A stretch of 64,000 nt of DNA from an uncultured delta proteobacterium (lineage in GTDB: Bacteria > Myxococcota > Kuafuiibacteriia > Kuafuiibacteriales > Kuafuiibacteriaceae). Under the pieces are notes generated by a model. It was not told the origin of the DNA, ran no database searches, and saw only the letters and a list, made by a program, of their open reading frames with translations. Shown here piece after piece: positions 1 to 9,899 of this stretch; the stretch's first letter is position 1, and every line of letters starts with the position of its first letter. The position numbers and the translations under genes are program-made. The stretch covers positions 672,001-736,000 of the forward strand of contig CAWDML010000009.1 in assembly GCA_963803435.1 (NCBI GenBank). The letters are read 5' to 3'.

Positions 1-345
1 GGGCGGCGGCTCGACGCTGGGCGCGCGGATCGGCGGGGGCGGGGGCGCTTCGGTGCGGGTCGCAAGCCAGCCTGCTGTGCTCAAACCGGCCACCGCAATC
101 GTCAGCGAGGCGACCTTGATCGCGCCCGCCAGCGTCCCGGCCGCCTTGACGGAGGCGGCGGTGGCGGGGGCCGCCGAGCCGGCGCTGCCCGGCCCAGGCA
201 GCGGGATCAGAGGAACGGCCAGGCCCAGGGCGATCCGGGCGCGCCGCTCGGCCTCGGCGCTGGGTGCGTCGTCGCGCGCCGACTCGAGGAGGTCGCGCTC
301 GGCCGGCGAGCCGCCGCGGCGCAGGCGAGGCGGATCGCGCGTCAT
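1..345 (-). CDS. Putative anti-sigma-like membrane protein, truncated by window edge
   Basis: ATG at 345 overlaps the sigma stop (ATGA). Hand translation: MTRDPPRLRRGGSPAERDLLESARDDAPS..., hydrophobic segment (VASLTIAVAGLSTAGWLA), then a Pro-rich linker. Confidence 0.65.
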   Translation of the reverse strand, partial: MTRDPPRLRRGGSPAERDLLESARDDAPSAEAERRARIALGLAVPLIPLPGPGSAGSAAPATAASVKAAGTLAGAIKVASLTIAVAGLSTAGWLATRTEAPPPPPIRAPSVEPPP

Positions 346-920
346 GCCTCCACCTCTCGGGTGCCGGCCGTGAAGGCCTCGCGGGCGCGCCGGAGCCGAG
401 ACGCCGCGGTGCCCCGCGGGATCGCGAGCAGCTCCGCGATCTCCGTGAGCGTGAGCTCTTCGATCTCGAACAGCACGAACACGGCCCGGAGATCGAGGGG
501 GAGGGCGTCGAGCGCGCGGTCGAGCGTCTCGCGTGCGCGCTTGCGCTCGGTGAGCTCGTCGGTCGAGGGCGTGGGATCGATCGCGTTGCCGACGGCCGCC
601 TCGTCGTGGGTCTCGCGCCGCCGCGAAGCCGAGCGGTGAACGTCCTTGGCGATCCGGAGCGCCGTCGCGAAGAGAAAGGCGCGCTCCCGCCCTTCTTCGA
701 TGTCGGCGATGCGTCGTGTCGCCACCACGAACACCTCCTGGGACGCGTCGTCGACGTGCGCGGACGGCACCCCCAACCGGCGCAACGAGCGCCAGATGAA
801 GCGGTAGTGGGCCTCGAACATCGAGGCTAGCCGTACCTGTGCCGCCGCGTCGGTCTCGCCCGCGGCGGTCGCACCCATCTCCCCGCGCTCCCAATCGATG
901 AATGGCCGGACCGCGCTCAT
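342..920 (-). CDS. ECF RNA polymerase sigma-70 factor
   Basis: Region 2 (HYRFIWRSLRRLGV..VDDASQEVF) and region 4 (LTEIAELLAIPRGTAASRLRRAR). Confidence 0.92.
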   Translation of the reverse strand: MSAVRPFIDWERGEMGATAAGETDAAAQVRLASMFEAHYRFIWRSLRRLGVPSAHVDDASQEVFVVATRRIADIEEGRERAFLFATALRIAKDVHRSASRRRETHDEAAVGNAIDPTPSTDELTERKRARETLDRALDALPLDLRAVFVLFEIEELTLTEIAELLAIPRGTAASRLRRAREAFTAGTREVEA

Positions 921-924
921 CGGA

Positions 925-1774
925 TCACCACAGCATCACGCCGGCGCCGGCCGCCGCGGCGAGGGCCACCGGCGGGGCGTGCCACAGGGTTTGATCCGCG
1001 CCGCCGTCGCCGACCAGCAGGAAGCGAGGCCGGAGGAGGGGAACGCTCCCGGACAGCTCGAGCTCGGCAAAGAAGGGATGGGCGAAGCGCCACCGACCGC
1101 GGACCACCGCGCCGGGCGCGAGCCAGGGGCTGGTGCGCGCCTCGGCGCTCCCGCCGCGGATCGCCCCCACCTCGACGGCGGCGCAGGGATCGACCTCGAG
1201 CGCCCCGGCCACCAGGTGAAACGGGCAGGCCTCGAGCCGGGCTGCCAGCTGGGTCACCCGGAGCTCGGCCCGCGCCTGGCGAGACCAGACGAGGGTGGCG
1301 CGCAGCGCCAGCGGAATCCCGGGCCAGCTCCACGAACGCCGGCGCCGAGGGGGTGAGCGCCGGCGCGCGACCATACCCGGCACCGCCCTGAACGCCGGCC
1401 GACAGGTGCCAGCTCGGCTCGAGGCCGAGGCGATCGATCGAGGTCCGCACGTGCGCGAGCGAGAGCGGGCCGGCGGATGGAGGCGGCGGCGCCGGGGCCT
1501 CGCGCCGGGGCAGCTCGGCGATGGCCAGATCGGCGATCAACGCCAGCGCGTCGGCCACCTCCTCGCAGCGCTCGGCCGACACCGCCCGCGCCGGGAAGGC
1601 GTGGTCGTAGGCCTCGATGGCGACCGTCCCTCGGAACGGCGCGCTGGCGGTGATGCTGGCGGTGATCGCGATCGCGTCGCCGCCGTCGAGCTGGGCCAGC
1701 GATCCGGTGTCGCACGCTGCGGGGGCGTGGATCTGGACGTGCGCACCGATCGCCGCCAGCCAGATCCCGAGCAC
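925..1774 (-). CDS. Secreted/outer-membrane hypothetical protein with one apparent frameshift at 1314-1318
   Basis: ORFs 917..1774 and 925..1383 join as ...ELARDPLALRATLVW... if GAATC(1314-1318) is read as GATC; Cys pair and beta-strand-like C-terminal part. Confidence 0.6.
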
Positions 1775-1838
1775 GGTCTATGGTGCCGTGGACCGGAGAT
1801 CAGATTTCGGTCGATCGACCGTCAGATCTTCGTCCGAC

Positions 1839-3119
1839 CTACGTCGAGCGCCGCTCCAGCCGCTTCTTCGCGGCCATGACCAGCCGCATGTTCATGTTCG
1901 TCCGCTTGGCCAGGTTCATGACCTCGCTCCGCGGGAGGCGATCGAGCAGCCGGATGGCGGTGCGGACGGGCGTGCGCGGGTTGAAGATCAGCGCCTTCGC
2001 CACCGTCGGGTTCTGCACGTAGGACGGGTTCTCGGCGATCCGCTCCAGCACGTCCGGGTTCAGCGAAGGGAGGCGCGCCATGAACGCGATCTCGTCCAGC
2101 GTGATCTTCGCGTTCTTCAGGAGGTAGTGATGGATCGCCTTGTTCGAGTCCATCGCCAGCGCCATGCGCTCCTCCCGATCGCCCGAGAGCGCCAGGTTGA
2201 TCTTGTCATCCATCCCCATCCGCGCCAGGCGGCGACGGATCGGCATCTTGTCCGGATCCTCCGAGGGAAGCTCCTCGACCAGCCGGATCACCTTGATGCC
2301 TTCGCGATCCGCTGCGGTCTCCCGCGCCAGCCGCGCCTTGGAGTGGACCGTCTTCGGGTGCAGCACCGCGCGCCGGTAGGCGTCGTCGTTGTCCGAGCAG
2401 CGGCACAGCACCCGCCGTGGCTCCACGGTCTCGATCACGCTCCAGACCTTGTAGACGGTGTGGCCCGGCAACGTGATGCGGAGCTGGCACGGCACGTTGG
2501 GGACCGCCTCGGGATCCTCGAACGGCACCACGAACAGCTGCTCGTCCTCGAACATCGGCAGATGCTCGACGTACTCGCCGACGCTGGAGAACTTCACCAC
2601 GTACACGACGTACTGGTCCCCCGGCATCGGCATGGGGAGCTCGGACGACGGCTCCACGAAGGAGCTCGTGCGACCGCGAGGGCGGAGCGTCTTCGGGCCG
2701 CTCCCGCCGTCGTCGACGTACGGATCCGTCTGGTCCTCGCCGGGCGCGTCGATGAACCCGGCGCCGCCCGGGTTGAAGCGGCTGACCGCCGGCTTCTGGA
2801 TGCTGGCCTCGGACTCGCCGCGCATCGCCGAGCGGAAGTCCTGGCTGACGACCCACTCGTCGAGGGCGCCCTGCTGATCGGAGCCCCCGGCGTCGAAGCT
2901 CACCATCACCCCGCGGTTCTTGATGTAGTGGCCGGCCCGCGCCGCGATGTCGAACGTCCGTGATCCGACGGCGATCCGAACCACGATCGGACTCTCCTGA
3001 CTGGGCGCTTCGGACTCGGAGCACATGACCATCATCCCGCCGTGCGTCATGTACGCGGAGTGATCGGCCTCGAGCGACCGGTGCGAGTTGTAGGTGACGA
3101 GGAACCCCTGCTTGCTCAC
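1839..3119 (-). CDS. Conserved myxobacterial-type hypothetical protein with helical C-terminal domain
   Basis: Protein-like from VSKQGFLVTY; C-terminus MDDKINLALSGDREERMAL...KALIFNPRTP; start codon uncertain. Confidence 0.7.
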   Translation of the reverse strand: MSKQGFLVTYNSHRSLEADHSAYMTHGGMMVMCSESEAPSQESPIVVRIAVGSRTFDIAARAGHYIKNRGVMVSFDAGGSDQQGALDEWVVSQDFRSAMRGESEASIQKPAVSRFNPGGAGFIDAPGEDQTDPYVDDGGSGPKTLRPRGRTSSFVEPSSELPMPMPGDQYVVYVVKFSSVGEYVEHLPMFEDEQLFVVPFEDPEAVPNVPCQLRITLPGHTVYKVWSVIETVEPRRVLCRCSDNDDAYRRAVLHPKTVHSKARLARETAADREGIKVIRLVEELPSEDPDKMPIRRRLARMGMDDKINLALSGDREERMALAMDSNKAIHHYLLKNAKITLDEIAFMARLPSLNPDVLERIAENPSYVQNPTVAKALIFNPRTPVRTAIRLLDRLPRSEVMNLAKRTNMNMRLVMAAKKRLERRST

Positions 3120-3168
3120 CTTGCGGAGGATTCTTGCACGGCCCTCTCTTCGACCGAAAGACCCCGGG

Positions 3169-4701
3169 TCAGTGAAGCGGACCCACGGCGGTCCGGACCG
3201 CCTCGAGCAGCGCGCCCGAAGCGCAGAGCGCGTCGACCGCCTCGATGTCCCCCGAGAGCACGCGATCGCGCTCCATGAAGGGCACCACGGCGCGGATCGC
3301 GCGCTGCGCGGCCTCGACGCCGCGCCCGGGGCGCAGCTGGAGCAGGTCGATCGCCTGCGCCCCGCAGAGCAGCTCGATGGCGAGACACGTCCGCGTATTC
3401 GCAACCACCTCCAGCGCCTTGCGCGCCGAGGTCATGCCCATGGAGACATGGTCTTCCCGGTTGGCGCTGGTCGGGATCGAGTCGGTCGAGGCCGGATGGC
3501 AGAGCACGCGGTTCTCGTTGATCAGGGACGCCGCCGTCACCTGCGCCAGCATGAACCCGGAGTTCAGCCCGGGGCGTACGGCCAGGAAGGCCGGCAGCCC
3601 CGACAGCGCGGGGTCGATGAGCTGCTCGACCCGCCGATCCGAGATGTTCGCCAGCTCGCTCACCGCGATCGCGAGGAGGTCCAGCGCCAGCGCCAGCGGC
3701 TGACCATGGAAGTTGCCACCCGAGATCATCGTGTCGCTCTCGGCAAACACCAGCGGGTTGTCGGTCGCCGAGTTGATCTCGATCTCCAGCGTGCGCCGGA
3801 TGAAGGCGAGCGCGTCACGCGTAGCGCCGTGCACCTGCGGCATGCAGCGGAAGCTGTACGCGTCCTGGACCTTGCCGCAGTCCTTGTGGCTCTCTACGAT
3901 GGCGCTGTCCGCCAGGAGGGACCGCAGGTTCTCCGCGCTCGCCCGCTGGCCCGGGTGCGGCCGCGCGTCCTGGATCCGCGCGTCGAAGGCCGTCGGCGTG
4001 CCCTTTTGTCCCTCGACGCTCATCGCGCCCGCCACGTCCGCGATCGTGGACAGCGCCTCCGCCTCGACGAGCCCCAAGCACCCGAGCGCGCCCATCGCCT
4101 GCGTCCCGTTGATCAAGCACAGCCCTTCCTTCGCCGCCGGCATCAGCGGCTCGAGCCCGAGCTCCGCCAGCACCTCGCCGCTCGGCCTTACCGCGCCGCG
4201 GTAGCGCACGGGCCCCTCACCGATCATCGCCAGCGCCAGGTGGGCGAGCGGCGCCAGATCGCCCGACGCGCCCACGCTGCCCTTCGAGGGCACGATCGGG
4301 AGGACGTCGAGGTTCAGCATCGAGAGCAGGAGCTCGATCGTCTGGAGCCGCACGCCCGAGTTGCCGGTCGCCATCACGTTCGCGCGGAGCAGCATCAACG
4401 CGCGCGTCTGAGGCGCGGTCAACGGCGGGCCCACGCCGGTCGAGTGGCTGCGGATCAGGTTGACCTGCAGCTCGTCGAGGTCGCCCTCGGCGATGCGAAC
4501 GTTGGAGAGGAAGCCGAAGCCCGTGTTGACGCCGTACACCGGCTCGCCCGAGGCGGCGCGCGCTTCCACCAGCGCCCTGGCCGCATGGATCCGCGCCTTG
4601 GCGGTCGAGAGGAGGCCGACCTCGACGCCGCCGCGCGCGACTTCAGAGACGTCTTCGATCGTCAGCGACCGTCCGTCGAGCACCACCGAGGTCTGGCCCA
4701 C
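3169..4701 (-). CDS. hutH: Histidine ammonia-lyase
   Basis: MIO-forming SVGASGDLAPLAH, VYGVNTGFG, QDAYSFRCMPQVHG, SGGNFHGQP, EDHVSMG. Confidence 0.96.
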   Translation of the reverse strand: MGQTSVVLDGRSLTIEDVSEVARGGVEVGLLSTAKARIHAARALVEARAASGEPVYGVNTGFGFLSNVRIAEGDLDELQVNLIRSHSTGVGPPLTAPQTRALMLLRANVMATGNSGVRLQTIELLLSMLNLDVLPIVPSKGSVGASGDLAPLAHLALAMIGEGPVRYRGAVRPSGEVLAELGLEPLMPAAKEGLCLINGTQAMGALGCLGLVEAEALSTIADVAGAMSVEGQKGTPTAFDARIQDARPHPGQRASAENLRSLLADSAIVESHKDCGKVQDAYSFRCMPQVHGATRDALAFIRRTLEIEINSATDNPLVFAESDTMISGGNFHGQPLALALDLLAIAVSELANISDRRVEQLIDPALSGLPAFLAVRPGLNSGFMLAQVTAASLINENRVLCHPASTDSIPTSANREDHVSMGMTSARKALEVVANTRTCLAIELLCGAQAIDLLQLRPGRGVEAAQRAIRAVVPFMERDRVLSGDIEAVDALCASGALLEAVRTAVGPLH

Positions 4702-4778
4702 GAGGCAACACAAACAGGGCGCTCTTCCGGAAGCAACCCTTGCTGTAGGCGACCTCGGGGCGGTAGCGTGCGCGCGTC

Positions 4779-7637
4779 GTGCCACTCCTTCCGCGACCTC
4801 CGGCCGCTGCGTCCCTGATCGTGGACCTCGCCCGGATCGTCGGCGCGAACAACGTCAGCAATCTGGACGCCGATCGCATCGCCTACAGCCACGACTGCTG
4901 GCCGCGCGACGTCCTCCTGCTGAGGGCCGGCGAGATCGGCGCCGCGCCGGCCTGCGTGGTGTGGCCCGAGAGTCCCGAGGACGTGGCGCGAATCCTCCAG
5001 TTCTCGCAGCAGGCCCAGGTCCCCATCGTCCCCTACGGCGCCGGCTCCGGTGTCACCGGCGGGGCGCGGCCCTCGGAGGGCGGCATCGTCCTCGACCTCA
5101 AGAAGATGCGGGCAATCCGCGACCTCGACGCGCACAACCTGCGGGCGGAGGTGGAGGCCGGCATCATCGGCGAGCGCCTCGAGCGGACGCTCAACGCCAA
5201 GGGCTTCACGCTCGGTCACTTCCCCTCCTCGATCATCTGCTCGACCCTCGGCGGCTGGCTGGCGGCGAGAAGCGCCGGTCAGACCTCCACGCTCTACGGA
5301 AAGATCGAGGACATGACGCACGGCCTCGAGGTGGTCTCACCCGGCCGCGTCCGCCGCTTGATGCTGGGCCCGCGCCCGCCCGACGGACCCGACTTCAACG
5401 CGCTGGTGCTCGGGAGCGAGGGCACGTTCGGCGTGATCACCGCGGCGCAGCTCAGGATCCGACACCTCGCCGAGCAGCGGCTCTTCCGCGGCTTCCGGTT
5501 CCCCAGCGTGAAGGCCGGCGTCGAGGCAATCCGCAAGATCCTGCGCGCCAACATCCGGCCCTCGGTCGTGCGGCTGTACGACGCGCTCGACACGCTGATG
5601 GGTCGCGGCCACGGCGACGAGGACTCTGCCGAGATCCTCTCGGTGGACCTGTTGGCCCAGCGCGCCCAGGGTTGGGTGGAGAGCCTGACCAAGCGCCTGA
5701 CGCCCGGGGCGGCGCAGGAGATCGCCAAGCGCGTCAAGACCTCGCTCCTCAGGAGTACCGTCAAGGCGGTGATGGGTGCGCCGCTGGTGCTCAAGCGCGC
5801 GATCGACGTGCTCCCCGAGGACTGCCTCCTGGTCCTCGGCTTCGAGGGGCAGCGCGCGCTGGCCAAGGCGGAGCTCGAGGAGACCACCACGATCTGCGCG
5901 AAGGAGGGCGCGGTCGATCTGGGACCGGCGCCTGGCGAGCACTGGTATCGCAACCGTTACAACGTCTCCTTCAAGGCCTCGAAGATGTACGCCTCGGGGA
6001 TCTTCGTCGACACCATGGAGGTGGCGGCCACCTGGGATCGGTTGCTCCCGCTCTACGCGGCCGTGCGCAAGGCGATCTCCCGGGACGCGATCGTGATGGC
6101 GCACTTCTCCCACGCCTACGGCGAGGGCTGCTCCATCTACTTCACGTTCGCGGGCGCCGCGACGGATCCGCTGCATCCCGCGGAGGCGATCGAGCGCTAC
6201 GATCGGATCTGGAAGAATGCGCTGATCGCGGTCCACGAGACCGGCGGCACCATCTCGCACCACCACGGCATCGGTGAGTCCAAGGCCGCCGGAATGGCGC
6301 GCGAGCACGGACCGGGCGGCATGCGCATGCTCAACGCGCTCAAGGAGGCGTTCGATCCGAAGGGCATGCTCAACCCGAAGAAGCTCGGCCTCGAGATCGT
6401 GCGTCGTCCTCCGCCCCGCCGGAAGAGCGCGGTCATCGACGACACCGACGGCTTCCCCAGGGAGATCGCCGTCGCGGTCGGCGAGCGCAACATCGTGACC
6501 TCCGGCGCCCGCACCACGGTGCGTCCGCCCGACGAGGGCGCTCTGGCCGCGCTGCTGCGCGTCGCGGCGCCGCGCTCGCTCCCGGTGGTCTCCGACCAGA
6601 CCGGCTTTCGGGCGCCGCCCGGCGCCGTCATCCTCGACCTCCGCCGCTTCGAGGGCGTGTCCCGCGTCTCCGAGCACTCCCTGTTCGTCGAGGTGGAGGC
6701 GGGCGTGGTGGTCGAGCGCCTCGAACGCATGCTCAACGCGCACCGCCTGACGCTCGGACATCTCCACCCGCGGGCGGTGATGCGCAGCGTCGGCGCGGCC
6801 CTCTCTCGAAACCTCTTGATCCGCAGGGCGACGGCCTTCGGCAATCTCCGGGACGTCTGCTTCGCCACGCGCGGCCTGCTCGCCAACGGTGCGCCAATCG
6901 AGACCCGGCCGGTCCCGCGCTCCGCCACCGGACCCGAGCTCGATCGCGCGCTCGTGGGCGCGCAGGGTCGCTTCGGGATCATCACCAAGGCCACGCTGCG
7001 GATCGCCGAGATCCCTGCGCACGTGGAGGAGGTCGTCTACCAGTTCGCCTCCCTGGGCGCGGCCACCGAGTGCGCGCGCGTGGTGCTGCACCGGGGCGTG
7101 CGCCCCACCGCCGCCCGCGTCATCCCCGACAGCGACGGCGCGGCGGCCGCCTTCGAGCTGGCCGCCAGCTCCGAGGGCGTGATCCGCGGGCAGCTCGCCA
7201 TCGTGGCCTCGGCGGCGCACGGCTTCGAGGGCACCCGCATCGCCGCCGAGGCGCTCGCCCTGGGCGGTCGCTTCGACGCGGTGGTCGAGGTGGCGGCGCT
7301 GTGGAGCCGGGCGGTCGAGACCCTCGACGCCATCCGGCAGGTCTCCGCCCCGGCGTGGATCGATTTCCTCACCCCCGAGGGCTGCACGGTGGTGGCCCGC
7401 GTTCAGGATGCCGATGCCCGCCACGCCGCCACCGAGGCCGCCGCCCGGTTGGCAGGCCGCGTGGTGGCCGGCACCCGCGCCGCCGACATCGCGGATCTCG
7501 AGAGCTTCGCCACCACCACCGGCAATCACTGGCGCGAGCTCCCTTCGAGCGGCGAGCGGCACCACAATCCCTACGAGGACGTGATGCAGAAGCTGTCGTC
7601 GCTGATCAATCCGTCGGGCGTGTTCCGCGGCAGGTAA
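4779..7637 (+). CDS. FAD-linked oxidoreductase, alkyl-DHAP synthase-like, with a second partial FAD-binding module
   Basis: PYGAGSGVTGG, GHFPSSIICSTLGGWLAARSAG, GSEGTFGVIT, SHHHGIG; second module with GAQGRFGIITKA. Confidence 0.85.
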   Translation: MPLLPRPPAAASLIVDLARIVGANNVSNLDADRIAYSHDCWPRDVLLLRAGEIGAAPACVVWPESPEDVARILQFSQQAQVPIVPYGAGSGVTGGARPSEGGIVLDLKKMRAIRDLDAHNLRAEVEAGIIGERLERTLNAKGFTLGHFPSSIICSTLGGWLAARSAGQTSTLYGKIEDMTHGLEVVSPGRVRRLMLGPRPPDGPDFNALVLGSEGTFGVITAAQLRIRHLAEQRLFRGFRFPSVKAGVEAIRKILRANIRPSVVRLYDALDTLMGRGHGDEDSAEILSVDLLAQRAQGWVESLTKRLTPGAAQEIAKRVKTSLLRSTVKAVMGAPLVLKRAIDVLPEDCLLVLGFEGQRALAKAELEETTTICAKEGAVDLGPAPGEHWYRNRYNVSFKASKMYASGIFVDTMEVAATWDRLLPLYAAVRKAISRDAIVMAHFSHAYGEGCSIYFTFAGAATDPLHPAEAIERYDRIWKNALIAVHETGGTISHHHGIGESKAAGMAREHGPGGMRMLNALKEAFDPKGMLNPKKLGLEIVRRPPPRRKSAVIDDTDGFPREIAVAVGERNIVTSGARTTVRPPDEGALAALLRVAAPRSLPVVSDQTGFRAPPGAVILDLRRFEGVSRVSEHSLFVEVEAGVVVERLERMLNAHRLTLGHLHPRAVMRSVGAALSRNLLIRRATAFGNLRDVCFATRGLLANGAPIETRPVPRSATGPELDRALVGAQGRFGIITKATLRIAEIPAHVEEVVYQFASLGAATECARVVLHRGVRPTAARVIPDSDGAAAAFELAASSEGVIRGQLAIVASAAHGFEGTRIAAEALALGGRFDAVVEVAALWSRAVETLDAIRQVSAPAWIDFLTPEGCTVVARVQDADARHAATEAAARLAGRVVAGTRAADIADLESFATTTGNHWRELPSSGERHHNPYEDVMQKLSSLINPSGVFRGR

Positions 7638-7737
7638 CCTCAACGTAGGCCCGCTTCGGGGCCGACGGGTTTTGCGTCGCGAGCGTCCCGCTCGCTGTGA
7701 CTTGCGGCGGGGGCCCCGAACCGCTAACCGTCTCGGC

Positions 7738-8874
7738 GTGACCAGCACGGTCCTCGCGATCCTCGATGAACGCGAGGAGCAAGGCATCCAGACTTGCACC
7801 ACCTGCCCGCGCCTGTGTCGCTGGGCCTGTCCCGTCGCCGAGACCGAGGCCCGCGAATCGGTGTCGCCGCACAGCCTGGTCGTCCTCTCGGGGCTCTTGA
7901 AGCAGGAGAAGGTGACGGCCTCGGTGGTCGGTGGCTTTCCGTATCACTGCTCCGCCTGCGGTGCGTGCACCGAGGCCTGCCTCCACAAGAACGACGTCCC
8001 GCTCTGGCTGGCGATGGAGCGCAGCCGGGTCCTCTCCGCGGGTGCGGCGCCCAAGCAGGTCCGCGAGCTGTGCGGCCACTTCGGCGTCGCCGGCAACCCG
8101 CAGGGCGTCTCGCTGGAGGACCCGCTCAACGAGATCGTAGTGGCGTCGCGCGCGACGATGACCCGCGAGGGGACTACCGTCTATCTCCCGGGCTGCAAGA
8201 CGATCGAAGCCATGCCCGACGCCGCGATCGCGTTCCTGCGCGGCGCCACGCTCCTCGGCATCAGCGACATCTGTCTCACGCCGGCGTCGGCCGGTTGCTG
8301 CGGGCTCCCGCTGTTCTGGGCGGGCGAGCTCGAGGGCTTCCGCGCCCACGCCATCCGCTACGCGGCCCAGTTCGCCCGCACGAACACGCTGGTGGTCCAC
8401 GATCCCGCCTGCGCCCACGCGCTGCAGGCTCGCTATCCCGAGGTGGGCGCCGAGCTGCACCCGCGCGTCGTGCACCCGGCGCGCTTCCTCGCCGACAACC
8501 TCGACCTCGAGAAGCCCGAGCACGCGAAGCGCTACGACGGGCCGACCATCGCGTACGCCGACACCTGCTCGCTCGCGCGCGGGCTGGGGCTGGTCGACGA
8601 GCCGCGCCGTCTGATCCGCCGCATCACCGGGCAGAAGCCGATCGAGCTCGAGGGCCTGGGCCGGCGCGAGGTCGACTGCTGCGGTGCGGCCGGTCTCCTC
8701 CCGGATGCGGCCCGCGCGACCGCGGAGGCGATGGCGGCGCAGAAGATCGAAGCCTTCCGGGAGAGCGGGGCGAACGAGCTGGCGGTCTTCAGCCCCCGCT
8801 GCGCCGCGCATCTGAGGTCGGTCGATCCGACGCTGCTGGTCGTGGACGCCGCCCACCTGATCGCGAGACTGTGA
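7738..8874 (+). CDS. (Fe-S)-binding protein with CCG domains (GlpC/GlcF-like)
   Basis: CTTCPRLCRWACP, CSACGACTEAC, two CCG motifs. Confidence 0.88.
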   Translation: MTSTVLAILDEREEQGIQTCTTCPRLCRWACPVAETEARESVSPHSLVVLSGLLKQEKVTASVVGGFPYHCSACGACTEACLHKNDVPLWLAMERSRVLSAGAAPKQVRELCGHFGVAGNPQGVSLEDPLNEIVVASRATMTREGTTVYLPGCKTIEAMPDAAIAFLRGATLLGISDICLTPASAGCCGLPLFWAGELEGFRAHAIRYAAQFARTNTLVVHDPACAHALQARYPEVGAELHPRVVHPARFLADNLDLEKPEHAKRYDGPTIAYADTCSLARGLGLVDEPRRLIRRITGQKPIELEGLGRREVDCCGAAGLLPDAARATAEAMAAQKIEAFRESGANELAVFSPRCAAHLRSVDPTLLVVDAAHLIARL

Positions 8875-8882
8875 GCCGAGCC

Positions 8883-9833
8883 ATGAGCGAGCACGCGATG
8901 GTCATCGTGAACCCGGCCAGCGCCAACGGCGCCACCGGCCGCAACTGGCCCGAGATCCGGGCCGCCCTCGACAAGGTCCTCGACCGCTGGGACAACGAGT
9001 TCACCACCGAGCCCGGCGACGCCACCCGGATCGCGCGCGAGGCGGTCCGCGGGGGGTACGAGATGATCGTGTCGATCGGGGGCGACGGCACCATGACCGA
9101 GATCGTCGACGGCCTCTTCGAGCCGGCCGACGAGGGCATCAGCGATCGCATGATCAAGAAGGACGTCCTGCTCGCCTCGGTGCGGGCGGGCACCGGCGGC
9201 GACTTCGCCCGCTACCTGGGGCTCGGGCATCGGCTCCCCGAGTCCGTGCGGCACCTGACCGGACCTCAGACGCGAACGGCCGACCTGGGCCTGGTGGAGT
9301 TCGTCGACCTCGAGGGCCGCCGCCGCCGCGCCGCCTTCCTGAACATCGCCAGCTTCGGCCTCTCCGGTGTCGTCGACGAGAAGGTCAACAGCAGCACCAA
9401 GGCGCTCGGCGGTACCGCGTCCTTCTTCCTCGGGTTGTCGCGGGCGCTGGTCAGCTACAAGCCGGAGGCGGTCCGCATCAAGGTCGACGGCGCGCTGTTC
9501 TTCGAGGGTCCGATGGTCACCTGCGCGGTCGCCAACGGGCAGTACTTCGGTGGCGGGATGCGCTTCGCGATGGGCGCCGAGATCGACGACGGCCTCTTCG
9601 ACGTCGTCGTTCAGACGAAGAGCGGCCTCAAGGAGATCCTGTCGGTCGGCGACCTCTACAGCGGCCGAATGTCGGAGTGGGCGAGCGTACGTAGGACCCG
9701 CGGCAAGCTCGTGGAAGCGGAGCCTGCCGACGATTCGGTCAAAGGGTTGCTCGACGTCGACGGCGAGCAGCCGGGAAGGCTGCCGGCGACCTTCTCGATC
9801 CTGCCGGGCGTGGTCAGGATCAAAATCCCATAA
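8883..9833 (+). CDS. Diacylglycerol kinase family lipid kinase (YegS/DgkB-like)
   Basis: VNPASANG, GGDGT, GTGGDFAR, NGQYFGGGM, DVDGE. Confidence 0.92.
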   Translation: MSEHAMVIVNPASANGATGRNWPEIRAALDKVLDRWDNEFTTEPGDATRIAREAVRGGYEMIVSIGGDGTMTEIVDGLFEPADEGISDRMIKKDVLLASVRAGTGGDFARYLGLGHRLPESVRHLTGPQTRTADLGLVEFVDLEGRRRRAAFLNIASFGLSGVVDEKVNSSTKALGGTASFFLGLSRALVSYKPEAVRIKVDGALFFEGPMVTCAVANGQYFGGGMRFAMGAEIDDGLFDVVVQTKSGLKEILSVGDLYSGRMSEWASVRRTRGKLVEAEPADDSVKGLLDVDGEQPGRLPATFSILPGVVRIKIP

Positions 9834-9899
9834 ACGCGAAGATCTACGCACGTTTCCGTCGATCTCCGTCCATTGACCGAGATCCGGCCGACCCCTAGG

